Positions 1-9,885 of a stretch of DNA of 64,000 nt are shown here, one piece after another. Origin of the DNA: Candidatus Latescibacterota bacterium (lineage in GTDB: Bacteria > Latescibacterota > UBA2968 > GCA-2709665). Under the pieces are notes generated by a model, which made no database searches, was not told the DNA's origin, and worked only from the letters and a program-made list of their open reading frames with translations. How positions within the stretch are numbered: position 1 is the first letter of the stretch; every line of letters begins with the position of its first letter. The stretch covers positions 896,001 through 960,000 of the forward strand of contig CBDCOX010000002.1 in NCBI GenBank assembly GCA_965219995.1, written 5' to 3'. The position numbers and the translations under genes are program-made.

Positions 1-360
1 CACCATATTGACAGCAACGGTGACGTTGCAGGTAAACGCGATGTCCTCAGGCGGCGCGTTGATAAAGCCGCCCAGCCGGCGGCGACCTTCGTCCACGGCG
101 CCCGAGTGTTTCGCTCGATTCCGGATCGGGCTGCGCTCAACGTCCTCAAGAATCGCGATCGTCTTCTCGAAGACCCGCCTGGGCTGTACGCCAACGGATC
201 CGGTGTTGAGATAGACCTCGTCGGCGCCGATCATAAATGCATTGCGAATCTTCCGCCAATAGGCTTCCTCGACCGTGGAAGTGGGCCAGGGCGCGTCAGG
301 AGAGTTCACCGGTACCTCCGGGTCTTGCAGCGAATAAAGGTGTGAGCCAGGTACAGTCAA
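1..360 (-). CDS. Class V PLP-dependent aminotransferase (cysteine desulfurase/isopenicillin N epimerase-like), 5' part; runs off the left edge; start codon uncertain
   Basis: Not in the ORF track. Manual minus-strand translation gives EEAYWRKIRNAFMIGADEVYLNTGSVGVQPRRV...GRRRLGGFINAPPEDIAFTCNVTVAVNMV, a typical class V N-terminus (YLNxGS, eiAFtxNxT). The frame is open up to a stop at 415-417; TTG at 360, 390 or 414 are possible starts. Confidence 0.8.
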   Translation of the reverse strand, partial: MTVPGSHLYSLQDPEVPVNSPDAPWPTSTVEEAYWRKIRNAFMIGADEVYLNTGSVGVQPRRVFEKTIAILEDVERSPIRNRAKHSGAVDEGRRRLGGFINAPPEDIAFTCNVTVAVNMV

Positions 361-685
361 GGCAAGGGCAGCCTGAGGGTTGCCGCACAATTGTAAATCC
401 CAGACCGTCTCCAATCAAGCCCTTTGTGAACGAAACCGGAACCGACCCAGGGAATACCGGGCGCGTCTCCGGGGCCCGTTTCAGTTGCCGCGTCGTTCTC
501 CTTGCGGAAACCTGGACGACTGGCGACAGCCAGCGACGCCTGCAGCTGTTCCGGGGGTGGCGCAGGCCGGAAACCTTCGCGGGGTCGCAACCCGGCCGAT
601 CAGGGACTCCTGATCCCCGCGGCCCGTCGGCGTCTGGCGTGATTGTCCCGGCGAAACCACGAGGTGCGGTCTGCCGTAACCTGCC

Positions 686-714
686 TTGACAGCTTGATTT
701 ATCTTATCTATATT
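686..714 (+). promoter_or_regulatory. Sigma70-type promoter for the fdh operon
   Basis: TTGACA (686-691), 17-bp spacer, TATATT (709-714), in an AT-rich patch. Confidence 0.7.
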
Positions 715-988
715 ATCTTGAGCAGGCGGCTGTCGGTCGCAAGGCGCCGGCTTGCGGTTTACGTCGCTTCGAATCATACAGGCAAACGATTTCTTCATCA
801 CGCCTCGATCGCTTCGGGTTTCATTCTGCATTGATGCACCCGTTTCTTTTTGGACTCCGTAAACTGAAGCGCGGCCGAATTGCGACCTGAAACCGTCTTT
901 ACGGTACCGGCCGGTTCCCGGCGAAAACGGCCCGGTTGATCCGGATTCAGACGGTTTGTTTGTATATTGGCATCGATGGGAGCGTTCA

Positions 989-2653
989 ATGGCGGGCCTT
1001 CGGGACGACGAGCTGGTTCGACGCTGGAAAGACGAGCCTGCGCCCCTGTTGCCGTTGTTGCACGCGTTCCACGATCGGGATGGATATATCTCCGATGAAG
1101 CCATTCGATCCATATCCGCGGGCTTGAAAACCCCACTGGCGGATCTGTTTGGAACCGTTACCTTCTACCATCACTTATCCCGCAAGCCCGGGGGTCTGGA
1201 TGAATATCGGGTGTGCACCGGCCCGGTATGCGTGCTTCAGGGAGCGCAGGAGATGTGCGATGCCCTTAACGGCGTACCTATGGCCTGTCCGGGCAGATGC
1301 GACCAACCGGTACCCGTAATTCAGCACCACCGCGTGCTCGTGGGTCCGAATGCAGGGAGTCTGCGGGAGGTCCCGACGCCACTGCCGGACGACAACCCGG
1401 GCGGCTTCGAGGAATGCGTCTTTCGTCATATTCGCGCGTCGAGCCGCTCGGCTCTCCGGGGGTATCGCGAGACCCGCGGATACGACGGTCTGGAAGAAGC
1501 CGTAACCAGGATGGCGCCCTCGGAGGTCGTGGAACGGGTCACGGAGAGCGGGCTGGCGGGGCGCGGAGGGGCCGGCTTCCCAACGGGCGCGAAATGGAAG
1601 GCGGTTGCGGACGCCGGCGGCGGTACGAAGACGGTTGTCTGCAACGCCGACGAAGGGGAGCCCGGCTGCTTCAAGGACCGCGCCCTGATGGACCACGATC
1701 CCCACGCGGTGCTGGAGGGTATGGCCATTGCGGCGTACGCAACGGGCGCCACGCGCGGGTTCATCTATCTCCGGTACGAATATCCGCAGACGTTGAACGT
1801 CCTGGAACGCGCCGTGGGAGAAGCCGAGGCCGCCGGATTGCTCGGCAATGGCATTCTGGGGACTGACTTCGAATTTCGGGTGCATCTTCGGCGCGGGGGA
1901 GGGGCGTATGTGTGCGGAGAAGAGGGGTCGCTGCTCAACAGCCTGGAGGGAAAACACCCGTTCCCGAGAAACCGCCCGCCCTATCCCGTAACCCACGGGT
2001 TCGAGGATATGCCCACGGCGGTGAACAATGTTGAAACGCTGGTTGCCGTGCCACAAATCCTCCGGAAAGGTGCGGCTTGGTACCGGGCACTCGGGCTGAA
2101 CGGACATCCGGGCACCAAAGTCATCAGTCTGTCGGGCGATATTTCGAAGCCGGGGAATTACGAGGTGCCATTCGGCCTGCCGCTGAAGACCCTGCTGTAT
2201 GACTGGGGCGGCGGCGCACCAGGGAGCCGGGACATCCAGGCGGTCACCATGGCGGGGTTGTCCGGAGGGTTCATCGCGGGTGAAGCGCTGGAAGCCACGC
2301 TCGACGAACCCAGCCTCCGCAGTTTCGGGTCGTTTCTGGGCGCCGGCGGCATCATCGTCTTCGACGCCGGGCGGGACATGGTCGAGATTGCCCACGGAGC
2401 GATGGCCTTTTTTGCAGACGAGTCCTGCGGCAAGTGTTTTCCGTGCCGCATCGGGACTCGCCGGTTGTCCGAGCGGCTTGATGGTGACGGCGGCCCCCGG
2501 CAGGTCGGACCATGGCGGGCGGAGGTCCATGATATCGGCCAGACCATGATCGCGACCAGCGCGTGCGGACTGGGCACGGCGGCGCCTCTGGTGACCGAAA
2601 GCCTTATGAAATACTTTCCGAATCAGGTGGAGACGCACGTCGCGCGCCTGTAG
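989..2653 (+). CDS. NAD-dependent formate dehydrogenase diaphorase subunit, NuoE-NuoF fusion ([2Fe-2S], FMN, [4Fe-4S])
   Basis: NuoE part (LLHAFH..GYI, VTFY, CTGPVC...CPGRCD) followed by NuoF motifs SGLAGRGGAGFPTG.KW, CNADEGEPG.FKDR, GAYVCGEE, ESCGKCFPCRIG, CGLG; ATG at 989 preferred. Confidence 0.9.
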   Translation: MAGLRDDELVRRWKDEPAPLLPLLHAFHDRDGYISDEAIRSISAGLKTPLADLFGTVTFYHHLSRKPGGLDEYRVCTGPVCVLQGAQEMCDALNGVPMACPGRCDQPVPVIQHHRVLVGPNAGSLREVPTPLPDDNPGGFEECVFRHIRASSRSALRGYRETRGYDGLEEAVTRMAPSEVVERVTESGLAGRGGAGFPTGAKWKAVADAGGGTKTVVCNADEGEPGCFKDRALMDHDPHAVLEGMAIAAYATGATRGFIYLRYEYPQTLNVLERAVGEAEAAGLLGNGILGTDFEFRVHLRRGGGAYVCGEEGSLLNSLEGKHPFPRNRPPYPVTHGFEDMPTAVNNVETLVAVPQILRKGAAWYRALGLNGHPGTKVISLSGDISKPGNYEVPFGLPLKTLLYDWGGGAPGSRDIQAVTMAGLSGGFIAGEALEATLDEPSLRSFGSFLGAGGIIVFDAGRDMVEIAHGAMAFFADESCGKCFPCRIGTRRLSERLDGDGGPRQVGPWRAEVHDIGQTMIATSACGLGTAAPLVTESLMKYFPNQVETHVARL

Positions 2654-2701
2654 CTGGCACGGGCGCGCGGTTTCACCGTAACCGAATCCGGAAGGCGGGG
2701 A

Positions 2702-5431
2702 ATGATGGTTGCAGATGGGGATAAAGCCGTTACCGCGACAATGACGCTGGACGGCCAGACAGTCAGGTTTTCCGACGGTGAAACCGTTTTTGACGTTGCG
2801 CAAAGGCACTCGAAATTCGTGCCGACCCTGTGTTACGATTCCCGCCTGGAGCCCTTTGGCAGTTGTCGCCTGTGCGTGGTCGACGTGGAAGGCGCGCGAA
2901 CCCCTCTTGCATCTTGCACGACGCCTGCAACGACCGGGATGGTCGTTCGCACGCAGACGGATGCGATACAGAAACACCGTAAGGTGTTGCTGGAGTTGGT
3001 GGCCTCCGAAAACCCTGAAGTGGATGTAGACCCCCTTAGCGGCTATGCCTCCCAGGAACTTGCCACGCTTGTCGATCAATACGGCGCGCGGACGCGCCGG
3101 TTCAGAGGCGACCGTTCCGGACGCAGCAAGCCGGAGGACGACAACCCGTTTCTGCTGCGAGATTATGACAAGTGCATTTCCTGTTACCGTTGCGTCCGGG
3201 TGTGCGCCGAGCAGGAGGGAGACGACGCAATCAGCGTGATGAACCGCGGCTTCGACACGCAGATCGTTACGGAATTCGACGGCTTGCTGAAAGAGTCGTC
3301 GTGTACATTCTGCGGGCAGTGTATTCAAACGTGCCCAACGGGTGCCCTTGCGGACCGGAAGGCGCTCCGGGCGGCCGGCGAACCGGGGAAAATAGAAAAG
3401 ACCCGGACTGTCTGTCCGTATTGCGGGGTGGGTTGTTCGGTGGACATGATGACGAAAGGGGAGAAGATCGTAGGCATCCAGCCCGCGATGGACGGTCCTG
3501 CGAACCTGGGCGCGCTTTGTGTAAAGGGGCAGTTTGCGTTCGATTTCGTGCAGCACCGCGACAGGTTGCAGACGCCGCTGGTGCGGCGGGAAGACGGCAG
3601 GCTGCACGAAGCCGGCTGGGAGGAGGCGCTGGATCGTGCGGCGCAGGGATTCATGGATGCGCGGGCGACACATGGAGACCTGAGCGCGTACGGCGTCGCG
3701 TCCGGCCGCGCGCCAACGGAGGCCGCTTACGTGATGGGCAAATTCATCCGCGCCGGATTCGGTACCAACTATATAGACAACTGCAGCCGTGCCTGACACG
3801 CCCCTACGGTTGCCGGTCTGGCAGCCACGGTCGGACGGGGCGCGATGTCGAATCCGCTGGTCGACATGGAAAAGCCCGATGTGTTCTTCTGCATCGGGAC
3901 GAATATGACCGAGTGTCATCCGGTGGCGGCCACGCGGATGAAGAAAGCGGTACGCGGGGGTGCGAAGCTGATCGTGGCGGATCCTCGGCGCATCCCGCTG
4001 GCGGAGATGGCGGATCTGTATCTTCCGCTGCGTGTGGGGTCGGATGTCGCCCTTCTGCTTGCGATGGCGCACGTGATTGCGAGGGAGGGATTGATCGACA
4101 GGGGGTTTGTCGAGAGCCGGACGACGAGGGCCGGGGACTTTCTCGAGCACGTGAAGGAATATCCCCCGGAGTGGGCCGAACGGATTACGGGAGTGCCGGC
4201 GAAGGATATCGAACTCGCCGCGATCTGGTACGGCATGGCGGATAGGGGCGCCATCTACTATACGCTGGGCATCACCGAACACATCTGCGGCGTCGACAAC
4301 GTTCAGAGCCTGTGCAACCTGGCGCTGATGACGGGAAACGTGGGCCGCGAAGGCACGGGCATCAATCCCATGCGCGGTCAGAACAATATCCAGGGCGCGG
4401 GGGATGCGGGCGCTATCCCGGACAAGTTCCCCGGGTTCCAGGCGTGTGATGATCCCGGGACGGCGGCGAGATTCTCGCGAATTTACGGCCGGACTCTGAA
4501 ACCGGAAAAGGGAATAACGAAGGTGGCGGCGCTGAACCTGTGCGGCGACCGGATCCACGCCATGATGATCGACGGCGAGAATACGGTCGTATCCGATCCT
4601 GACAGGGCGCACTGCGAGCGCGCATTGCGGAGCCTCGACCACCTTGTGGTGATCGACATCTTTTTGACCGAAACGGCCAGACTTGCCGACGTCGTGCTGC
4701 CGGCGACGGCCTGGGGCGAAACGGATGGGACGTGTTCGAACACGGAGCGGCGCGTCCAGCGCCTGCGGGCCGCGGTTCCGCCCCCCGGGGAGGCCCGCCC
4801 GGATTGGTCGATTGTCAGTGAGATTGCGAAACGCATGGGAATGCGCGGGTTCGCCTTCACTTCCGCGAAGGACGTGTTCAACGAGCTGTGCGCCGTGTCC
4901 CCCATCTACGCGGGATTGAATTGGGATCGAATCGAACATGGCCAGTACCATTGGCCGGTCCCTGACGCCGATCATGCGGGCACGCCGATGCTGCACGAAG
5001 GCGAATTCGAGAATGGCCGTGGCATCTTCACAAAGCATCGCTATCGCAATCCGGCGGAGACGGTCAGCGACGAGTTTCCCGTATGGTTGACGACCGGCCG
5101 CAGACTGCACGCATACCATACGCGGACTCAGACCGGAAGGGCCGCGGGGATGGACTATTTTCTGTCCGAAGAGTCGCTGGAGGTGCATCCGTCGGACGTG
5201 GCGGCCTGGGGGCTTACCAACGGCGGCTGGTGCCGGATGTCGAGCGCACGCGGTTCCATCCGGATCAAGATCAGGGCGACCCGGCAGTCTCCCCCGGGGA
5301 CCGTGTTCGCCAGTTTCGGCTTCAACGACGTTCCGGTGAATATCCTGACGGGTTCGGGCTACGATCCGGTGACGGAAACGGCCGAATTGAAGGTATGTCC
5401 GGTTCGCATCGAATCCGATGTGCCGGAATGA
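2702..5431 (+). CDS. fdhF: Formate dehydrogenase alpha subunit (Mo/W-bis-PGD), selenocysteine-containing; UGA at 3794-3796 recoded
   Basis: ORFs 2702-3796 and 3845-5431 share a frame. The junction reads IDNCSRA-TGA-HAPTVAGL, matching the FdhF NCARV-U-HGPSVAGL active site. Also CPYCGVGC, LCVKG, RGQNNIQG and N-terminal ferredoxin motifs. Confidence 0.95.
3808..3826 (+). promoter_or_regulatory. Bacterial SECIS element
   Basis: Hairpin GGTTGCC-GGTCT-GGCAGCC starts 11 nt after the UGA and closely resembles the E. coli fdhF SECIS (GGTTGCAGGTCTGCACC). Confidence 0.9.
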
Positions 5432-5452
5432 CTTAAATTCGAAGGTTGAAGG

Positions 5453-6283
5453 TTGAATTCAAGCATTACACAGCGAGACGTCTCCCGGGTGAACAACGGC
5501 TTTCCGACGCGTCCGGTTCAGGACGATATTGCGGTTGAAGAGCCCCTTGAAATCCGTGTGGCCGGAGACCCGGTTGCCGTTACCATGCGATCGCCGGGGG
5601 ACGACGCCCGGCTTGCGGTGGGCTTCCTCTTTTCGGAAGGGATTATTGCGTCCATCGAGGACGTGGGCCGCGTATACCACTGCGGGAGGCCGGGGACGGA
5701 GGCGTACGGAAACGCGATCGACGTGCTGCCCGCACCCGGCCACAGCCTGGATATCGAGCGGGTCGCCGCCAGCCGCCGGGGAACACTCACGACATCGGCG
5801 TGCGGGGTCTGCGGTCGGCAGGGGGTCGAAGACCTGATGGCGCGTTGTTCTGTTTTGCCGCCCGGGCCGCAGATATCGGCAGAACTGCTCCTGGATACGG
5901 TTGAACAGATGACGCGGATTCAGCCCACGTTCGCCCATACCGGCGGCGTGCACGCCGCCGCCGCGTTCGGTCGGGACGGCCGACCGCTTGTGTGTTCCGA
6001 GGACGTGGGCCGCCACAATGCCGTAGACAAGACCATCGGCGCCCTGCTGTTCGACCGTCTGGTGGGCGCGTCGTCGGACGCCGTCCTGCTGGCCGTAAGC
6101 GGTAGGGCGAGCTTTGAGATCGTGCAGAAAGCGGCGGTCGCGAAAATCCCGATTGTCGCAAGCGTTTCCGCGGCCAGTTCTCTGGCGGTCGATCTTGCAG
6201 CCGATGCGGGCATCACCCTTGCGGGTTTCGTTCGCCGCAAGGGCTTCAACCTGTACGCGCACCCCGAACGGATCGGACAATAA
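5453..6283 (+). CDS. fdhD: Formate dehydrogenase accessory sulfurtransferase FdhD
   Basis: EEPLEIRV, TMRSPGDD..LAVGFL.SEG, SACGVCG, TGGVHAAA, EDVGRHNAVDK, SGRASFE. Confidence 0.95.
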   Translation: MNSSITQRDVSRVNNGFPTRPVQDDIAVEEPLEIRVAGDPVAVTMRSPGDDARLAVGFLFSEGIIASIEDVGRVYHCGRPGTEAYGNAIDVLPAPGHSLDIERVAASRRGTLTTSACGVCGRQGVEDLMARCSVLPPGPQISAELLLDTVEQMTRIQPTFAHTGGVHAAAAFGRDGRPLVCSEDVGRHNAVDKTIGALLFDRLVGASSDAVLLAVSGRASFEIVQKAAVAKIPIVASVSAASSLAVDLAADAGITLAGFVRRKGFNLYAHPERIGQ

Positions 6284-6511
6284 ATGCCAATCTTCGAGTT
6301 CATCTGCGGCAGTTGCCGCCATCCCTTCGAGGCGTTCATTCAGGGGTCCCGGGAGCCGCGCTGTCCGTCCTGTGGCAGCGCCGAACTTGAGAAGCAGCTT
6401 TCGGTTTTCGCTGTCAGCGGGGGCAGCGGTCGGACGGAGGCGCCCGCGCCCAGGGGACCATGCGGAACCTGCGGAGATCCCAGGGGCCCCGGCGCCTGTT
6501 CGATCGCCTAG
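6284..6511 (+). CDS. FmdB-family zinc-ribbon protein
   Basis: MPIFEFICGSCRHPFE...CPSCGS.ELEKQLS.F; abuts the fdhD stop codon. Confidence 0.85.
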   Translation: MPIFEFICGSCRHPFEAFIQGSREPRCPSCGSAELEKQLSVFAVSGGSGRTEAPAPRGPCGTCGDPRGPGACSIA

Positions 6512-6865
6512 GGCCCTGTCACCCTCGCGGCCGTTCCTGGACGATCGAGCGGGACGGACTCGCGCGGAATCCGCTACCATCGGGCGGGCAGAAGGTCCTC
6601 CGGCAACGTCAATCTCACGTTTTCGTGGGCGTTCCGCCGTTTGCCTTTTCGTGTTTGTCTTTGGTTTTGGCTGACAGCTGATTGCTGAATTTTGTTTCTC
6701 GTGGCAACCCCTGTGTTTGCCCGCTTTCAGGGTTCCCTTTGTGTCTTTGTGTCTCCGTGTGAGCTGATCTTCGTTTCTGGCTTACTGCTGAAGGCTGATG
6801 GCTGAAAGTTGCAAACCCGCGGCCGAATTCAGGCGATCGATCTCCGGTACGGAATACCAGGCATC

Positions 6866-6896
6866 AAAACCCGGTTCATAACACCGGGTTTTTTTT
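6866..6896 (+). terminator. Rho-independent terminator
   Basis: AAAACCCGGT-TCATAAC-ACCGGGTTTT followed by a T-run. Confidence 0.8.
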
Positions 6897-7132
6897 GTAC
6901 AAAAGACGAGGAATCGAACGCATTTTCAACCGAGCCGGACGAATTCGAGATTCGTTTTCCGCGTTAACGTTGCACGAAATGCATTTGTGCATTTTGACAT
7001 ACGAACCTATCTTTGGCGGCGTCGGCTGTTTCTCACGTTATCCCGCGAGATCGACCACGTGAACGGATATCTTGCGTGGTCCCGGTCGAACCGGAACGGA
7101 CGCGGTCCGGTCAGACCCGGGGAGAATGCTGT

Positions 7133-8869
7133 ATGAGCGGCCTTTGCTCGAGAGCCTACCTGCGGATACGACGACTGTTCGACGAGGACCGTTGCGTGAT
7201 TCTGGACGGCGGCGTTGCAACCGAACTGGAACGCATGGGGCTTCGGGACCACGCCATCAGCGATCACAGCCTGTGGGGCACCTGGGCCCTGTTCCACGAA
7301 CCCTATTCGGTTCTGGATGTACACAGACGGTTCGCAGAGGCCGGCTGCGACCTGATTTCAACCAACACGTGGGGGATCCTCGACGCGGCGGAGATAGGCG
7401 GACAACGGCTGGAATCCATGGCCGGCGCCTCGCACTGGATGGACGTTGCGCGACGCGGTATCCGGTTGGCCCGACAGGCGAACCGGGAGTCGGGCAGGGA
7501 AGACGAGTGTGCGGTGGCTTTCAGTATGAATGGAGACATCGATACGCCTCAACGCCTGGAACGACTGCATCTGCTTTCAAGGGCATTTGCAGACGACCCG
7601 CCCGATCTCATTTTGTTGGAAACGATGTCCATTATCCGGGACGAACTGACGCTGCCCGCGGTCGAGCTGATGATTCAAACGGGGATTCCGGTGTGGCTGA
7701 GCTTTCGGCGCTGCCGGGAGGGTCTGTGCGGGGTTCACGGGCAGCACTGGGGCGGCCCGGAGGGCGATTATTTCGGCAGATTGGCCGGCCGTTTTGAACG
7801 AATGAACATAGGCGCCCTCCTGATCAACTGTCTCCCGGTGGATCACGTACCGGGAATGATCTCCTGGCTGAGGGATTTTACGGATCTCCCGCTGGGCGTG
7901 TACCCCAACCTGGGGCGTTACCTGGACCCGGGCTGGAAGTTCGACGAGACCGTCGGACCCCCGCGCTTTGCCGCGCTGGCCCGTGCCTGGCGCGACGAGG
8001 GCGCGCAGATCGTCGGCGGGTGCTGCGGTGTCACACCCGATCACATTGCCGAAGCAAGGGAGGCGCTGGCCGGTACCATGCCGGGACGCAAGCGGGTCCG
8101 GCCTCAGACAGCCGCGGCGGCCGGAAGCCGCAAGAACGACCCGGTCGTTCCACGCCCGTGGGTGGACACGGACGGGAGAACGCTCTTTCCGCTGCCGTTC
8201 CCTGAAATTATGTGCGATCCGGGGGTGTTTGCTCCCACGCAGGGGAGCTTTCTGATCTGGAAGCACCTCTTTCGAACGGGCGCCGGGCGGGGCAAACGCT
8301 GTCTGGACGTGGGTTGCGGCACCGGGATCCTCTCCGTACAACTTGCGTTGAACGGCGCGGAAACGGTTGTGGCAATCGACATCCAGAAAGAAGCCATCGG
8401 CAACACGATGACGAACGCATTTCGAAACGGCGTGGACGACCGTATTTCCGCACGGGTCGCGGACCTCTACACCTACATTCCGGAAGAGCGGTATGACCTG
8501 GTCATCGGCAGCCTTTATCAGATGCCTGTGGATCCGGTCCGTCAGACAACGGGGCACCGGCCTGCAGATTTCTGGGGCAGGAATCTGTTCGATCACCTCA
8601 TCGCTTTGCTGCCTGAGATGCTGGCTGACGACGGTGTCGCATACCTGATGCAGATTTCGGCCTTGAGTCAGCTTCGGTCATCCGAACTGATCTCGGCCGC
8701 CGGGCTGAAAGCGAAGGTCATCGACTTCAGCTTCTTTCACTTCGGCCCGGTATTCGATGAAAACACCGATCAGATCCGGCGGGTCGCCGAGCTGTCGGAC
8801 GCTTTTCATTTGAGCTTCGGCCAGGACAACGTCATGGTGATGTACCTGCTTGAAATCAACTCGAATTGA
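7133..8869 (+). CDS. Homocysteine S-methyltransferase-family domain fused to a C-terminal class I SAM-dependent (HemK/PrmA-like) methyltransferase
   Basis: N-terminus: ILDGGVATELE, Zn-ligand motifs LINC and GGCCGVTPDHI, GVYPN. C-terminus: GVFAP, LDVGCGTGIL, AIDI, YDLVI. GGAG RBS precedes ATG 7133. Confidence 0.85.
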   Translation: MSGLCSRAYLRIRRLFDEDRCVILDGGVATELERMGLRDHAISDHSLWGTWALFHEPYSVLDVHRRFAEAGCDLISTNTWGILDAAEIGGQRLESMAGASHWMDVARRGIRLARQANRESGREDECAVAFSMNGDIDTPQRLERLHLLSRAFADDPPDLILLETMSIIRDELTLPAVELMIQTGIPVWLSFRRCREGLCGVHGQHWGGPEGDYFGRLAGRFERMNIGALLINCLPVDHVPGMISWLRDFTDLPLGVYPNLGRYLDPGWKFDETVGPPRFAALARAWRDEGAQIVGGCCGVTPDHIAEAREALAGTMPGRKRVRPQTAAAAGSRKNDPVVPRPWVDTDGRTLFPLPFPEIMCDPGVFAPTQGSFLIWKHLFRTGAGRGKRCLDVGCGTGILSVQLALNGAETVVAIDIQKEAIGNTMTNAFRNGVDDRISARVADLYTYIPEERYDLVIGSLYQMPVDPVRQTTGHRPADFWGRNLFDHLIALLPEMLADDGVAYLMQISALSQLRSSELISAAGLKAKVIDFSFFHFGPVFDENTDQIRRVAELSDAFHLSFGQDNVMVMYLLEINSN

Positions 8870-9005
8870 AGGGATCTGTTGACGCTGCGCACCGGGACAT
8901 CATGCGGTTCGATGGGCTGCGTGACGGTATCGCACGCCTCCGGACCCTGCGTGCAGGAGTGGTTTGTCCGGGCAGAATGAATTGGAACTACGCAGGGAAT
9001 GCAAG

Positions 9006-9836
9006 ATGGACGATCGGTTCCTGAAGGGACGCGCCGCAATTGTCACGGGAGGCGCGAGTGGACTGGGCAGGGCAATCGCGCTGCGCCTGGCGCACCGGGG
9101 CGCGGACGTCTGCATCATGTCCTTGAGCAGCCGGCGGGTGGAAAAAGTCGACAGCGAGGTCAAATACTTCGCGGACGTTGGCGAGATCGAGACGACCCGC
9201 AGGGAGATACGGGAAACGGGTGTACGGTGTATCGGTCTGGACGGAGACGTCAGTTCGACGCCGGACGTAGAGGAAATGATCGGCCGGACCGTCGAGACAT
9301 TCGGCAGGCTGGACGTCCTCGTGAACAACGCCGCGACAAACGTGATACATCCCGTCCTCGGCCACGACAACCGGGCCTGGCGGCGCGTGGTCGATGTCAA
9401 TCTGTTCGGGCCCTACCTTTGCGCCAGGAACGCGCTGCCCCATATGATCGAGAATGGGTGGGGACGTATCGTCTCCATCGGTTCCACGAATTCTCACGTC
9501 GGTACGTCCAGTTACAGTGCCTACGCCGCATCGAAGCACGGACTCCTGGGGTTCAGCAGATCCCTCGCGCTGGAAGTGGCCCGGCACCATATTACGGCCA
9601 ATACCATCAGCCCGGCGACGATCGAGACACCATCCGGCCAGATGCATCTGCTCCGGTGGGCGGAAGACCAGGGCCTTTCCCCCGAAGCCATGCGCGGGGA
9701 GTTCATGAAATCCTATCCGCAGGGGAGATTCCTTCGCCCGGAGGAAATCGCAGACCTGGTTGTCTATCTGTGCCGGGAAGAAGCGCGGGGAATCAACGGC
9801 GAAGATATCCGAGTGACAACGGGCGCGATGTACTGA
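9006..9836 (+). CDS. SDR family oxidoreductase
   Basis: TGGASGLG, NNA, YAASK catalytic motif; ATG 9006 preferred. Confidence 0.9.
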   Translation: MDDRFLKGRAAIVTGGASGLGRAIALRLAHRGADVCIMSLSSRRVEKVDSEVKYFADVGEIETTRREIRETGVRCIGLDGDVSSTPDVEEMIGRTVETFGRLDVLVNNAATNVIHPVLGHDNRAWRRVVDVNLFGPYLCARNALPHMIENGWGRIVSIGSTNSHVGTSSYSAYAASKHGLLGFSRSLALEVARHHITANTISPATIETPSGQMHLLRWAEDQGLSPEAMRGEFMKSYPQGRFLRPEEIADLVVYLCREEARGINGEDIRVTTGAMY

Positions 9837-9885
9837 GATGAACGTACGTTCCTCTCCCTGGTTTCCAATGGTGAAGGAGACGTTG

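Noticed and set aside
570-625. Nested hairpins (GATCAGG-GACT-CCTGATC) as an ncRNA
   Set aside because: Could not be assigned to any family; short stems are expected by chance at this GC content
1175-5188. 1337-aa minus-strand ORF and other long antisense ORFs (e.g. 20441-22627, 35026-36933, 41616-43523)
   Set aside because: Shadow ORFs opposite well-supported genes in high-GC DNA; no recognisable motifs
2702-5431. fdh alpha as two genes or a pseudogene
   Set aside because: An in-frame UGA at the active site plus a SECIS indicates selenocysteine
6780-7130. SAM riboswitch before the methyltransferase cluster
   Set aside because: No SAM-I core (ATC..GAG, GCAACC, GTGC) recognised; the hairpin at 6866 is explained as the fdh operon terminator
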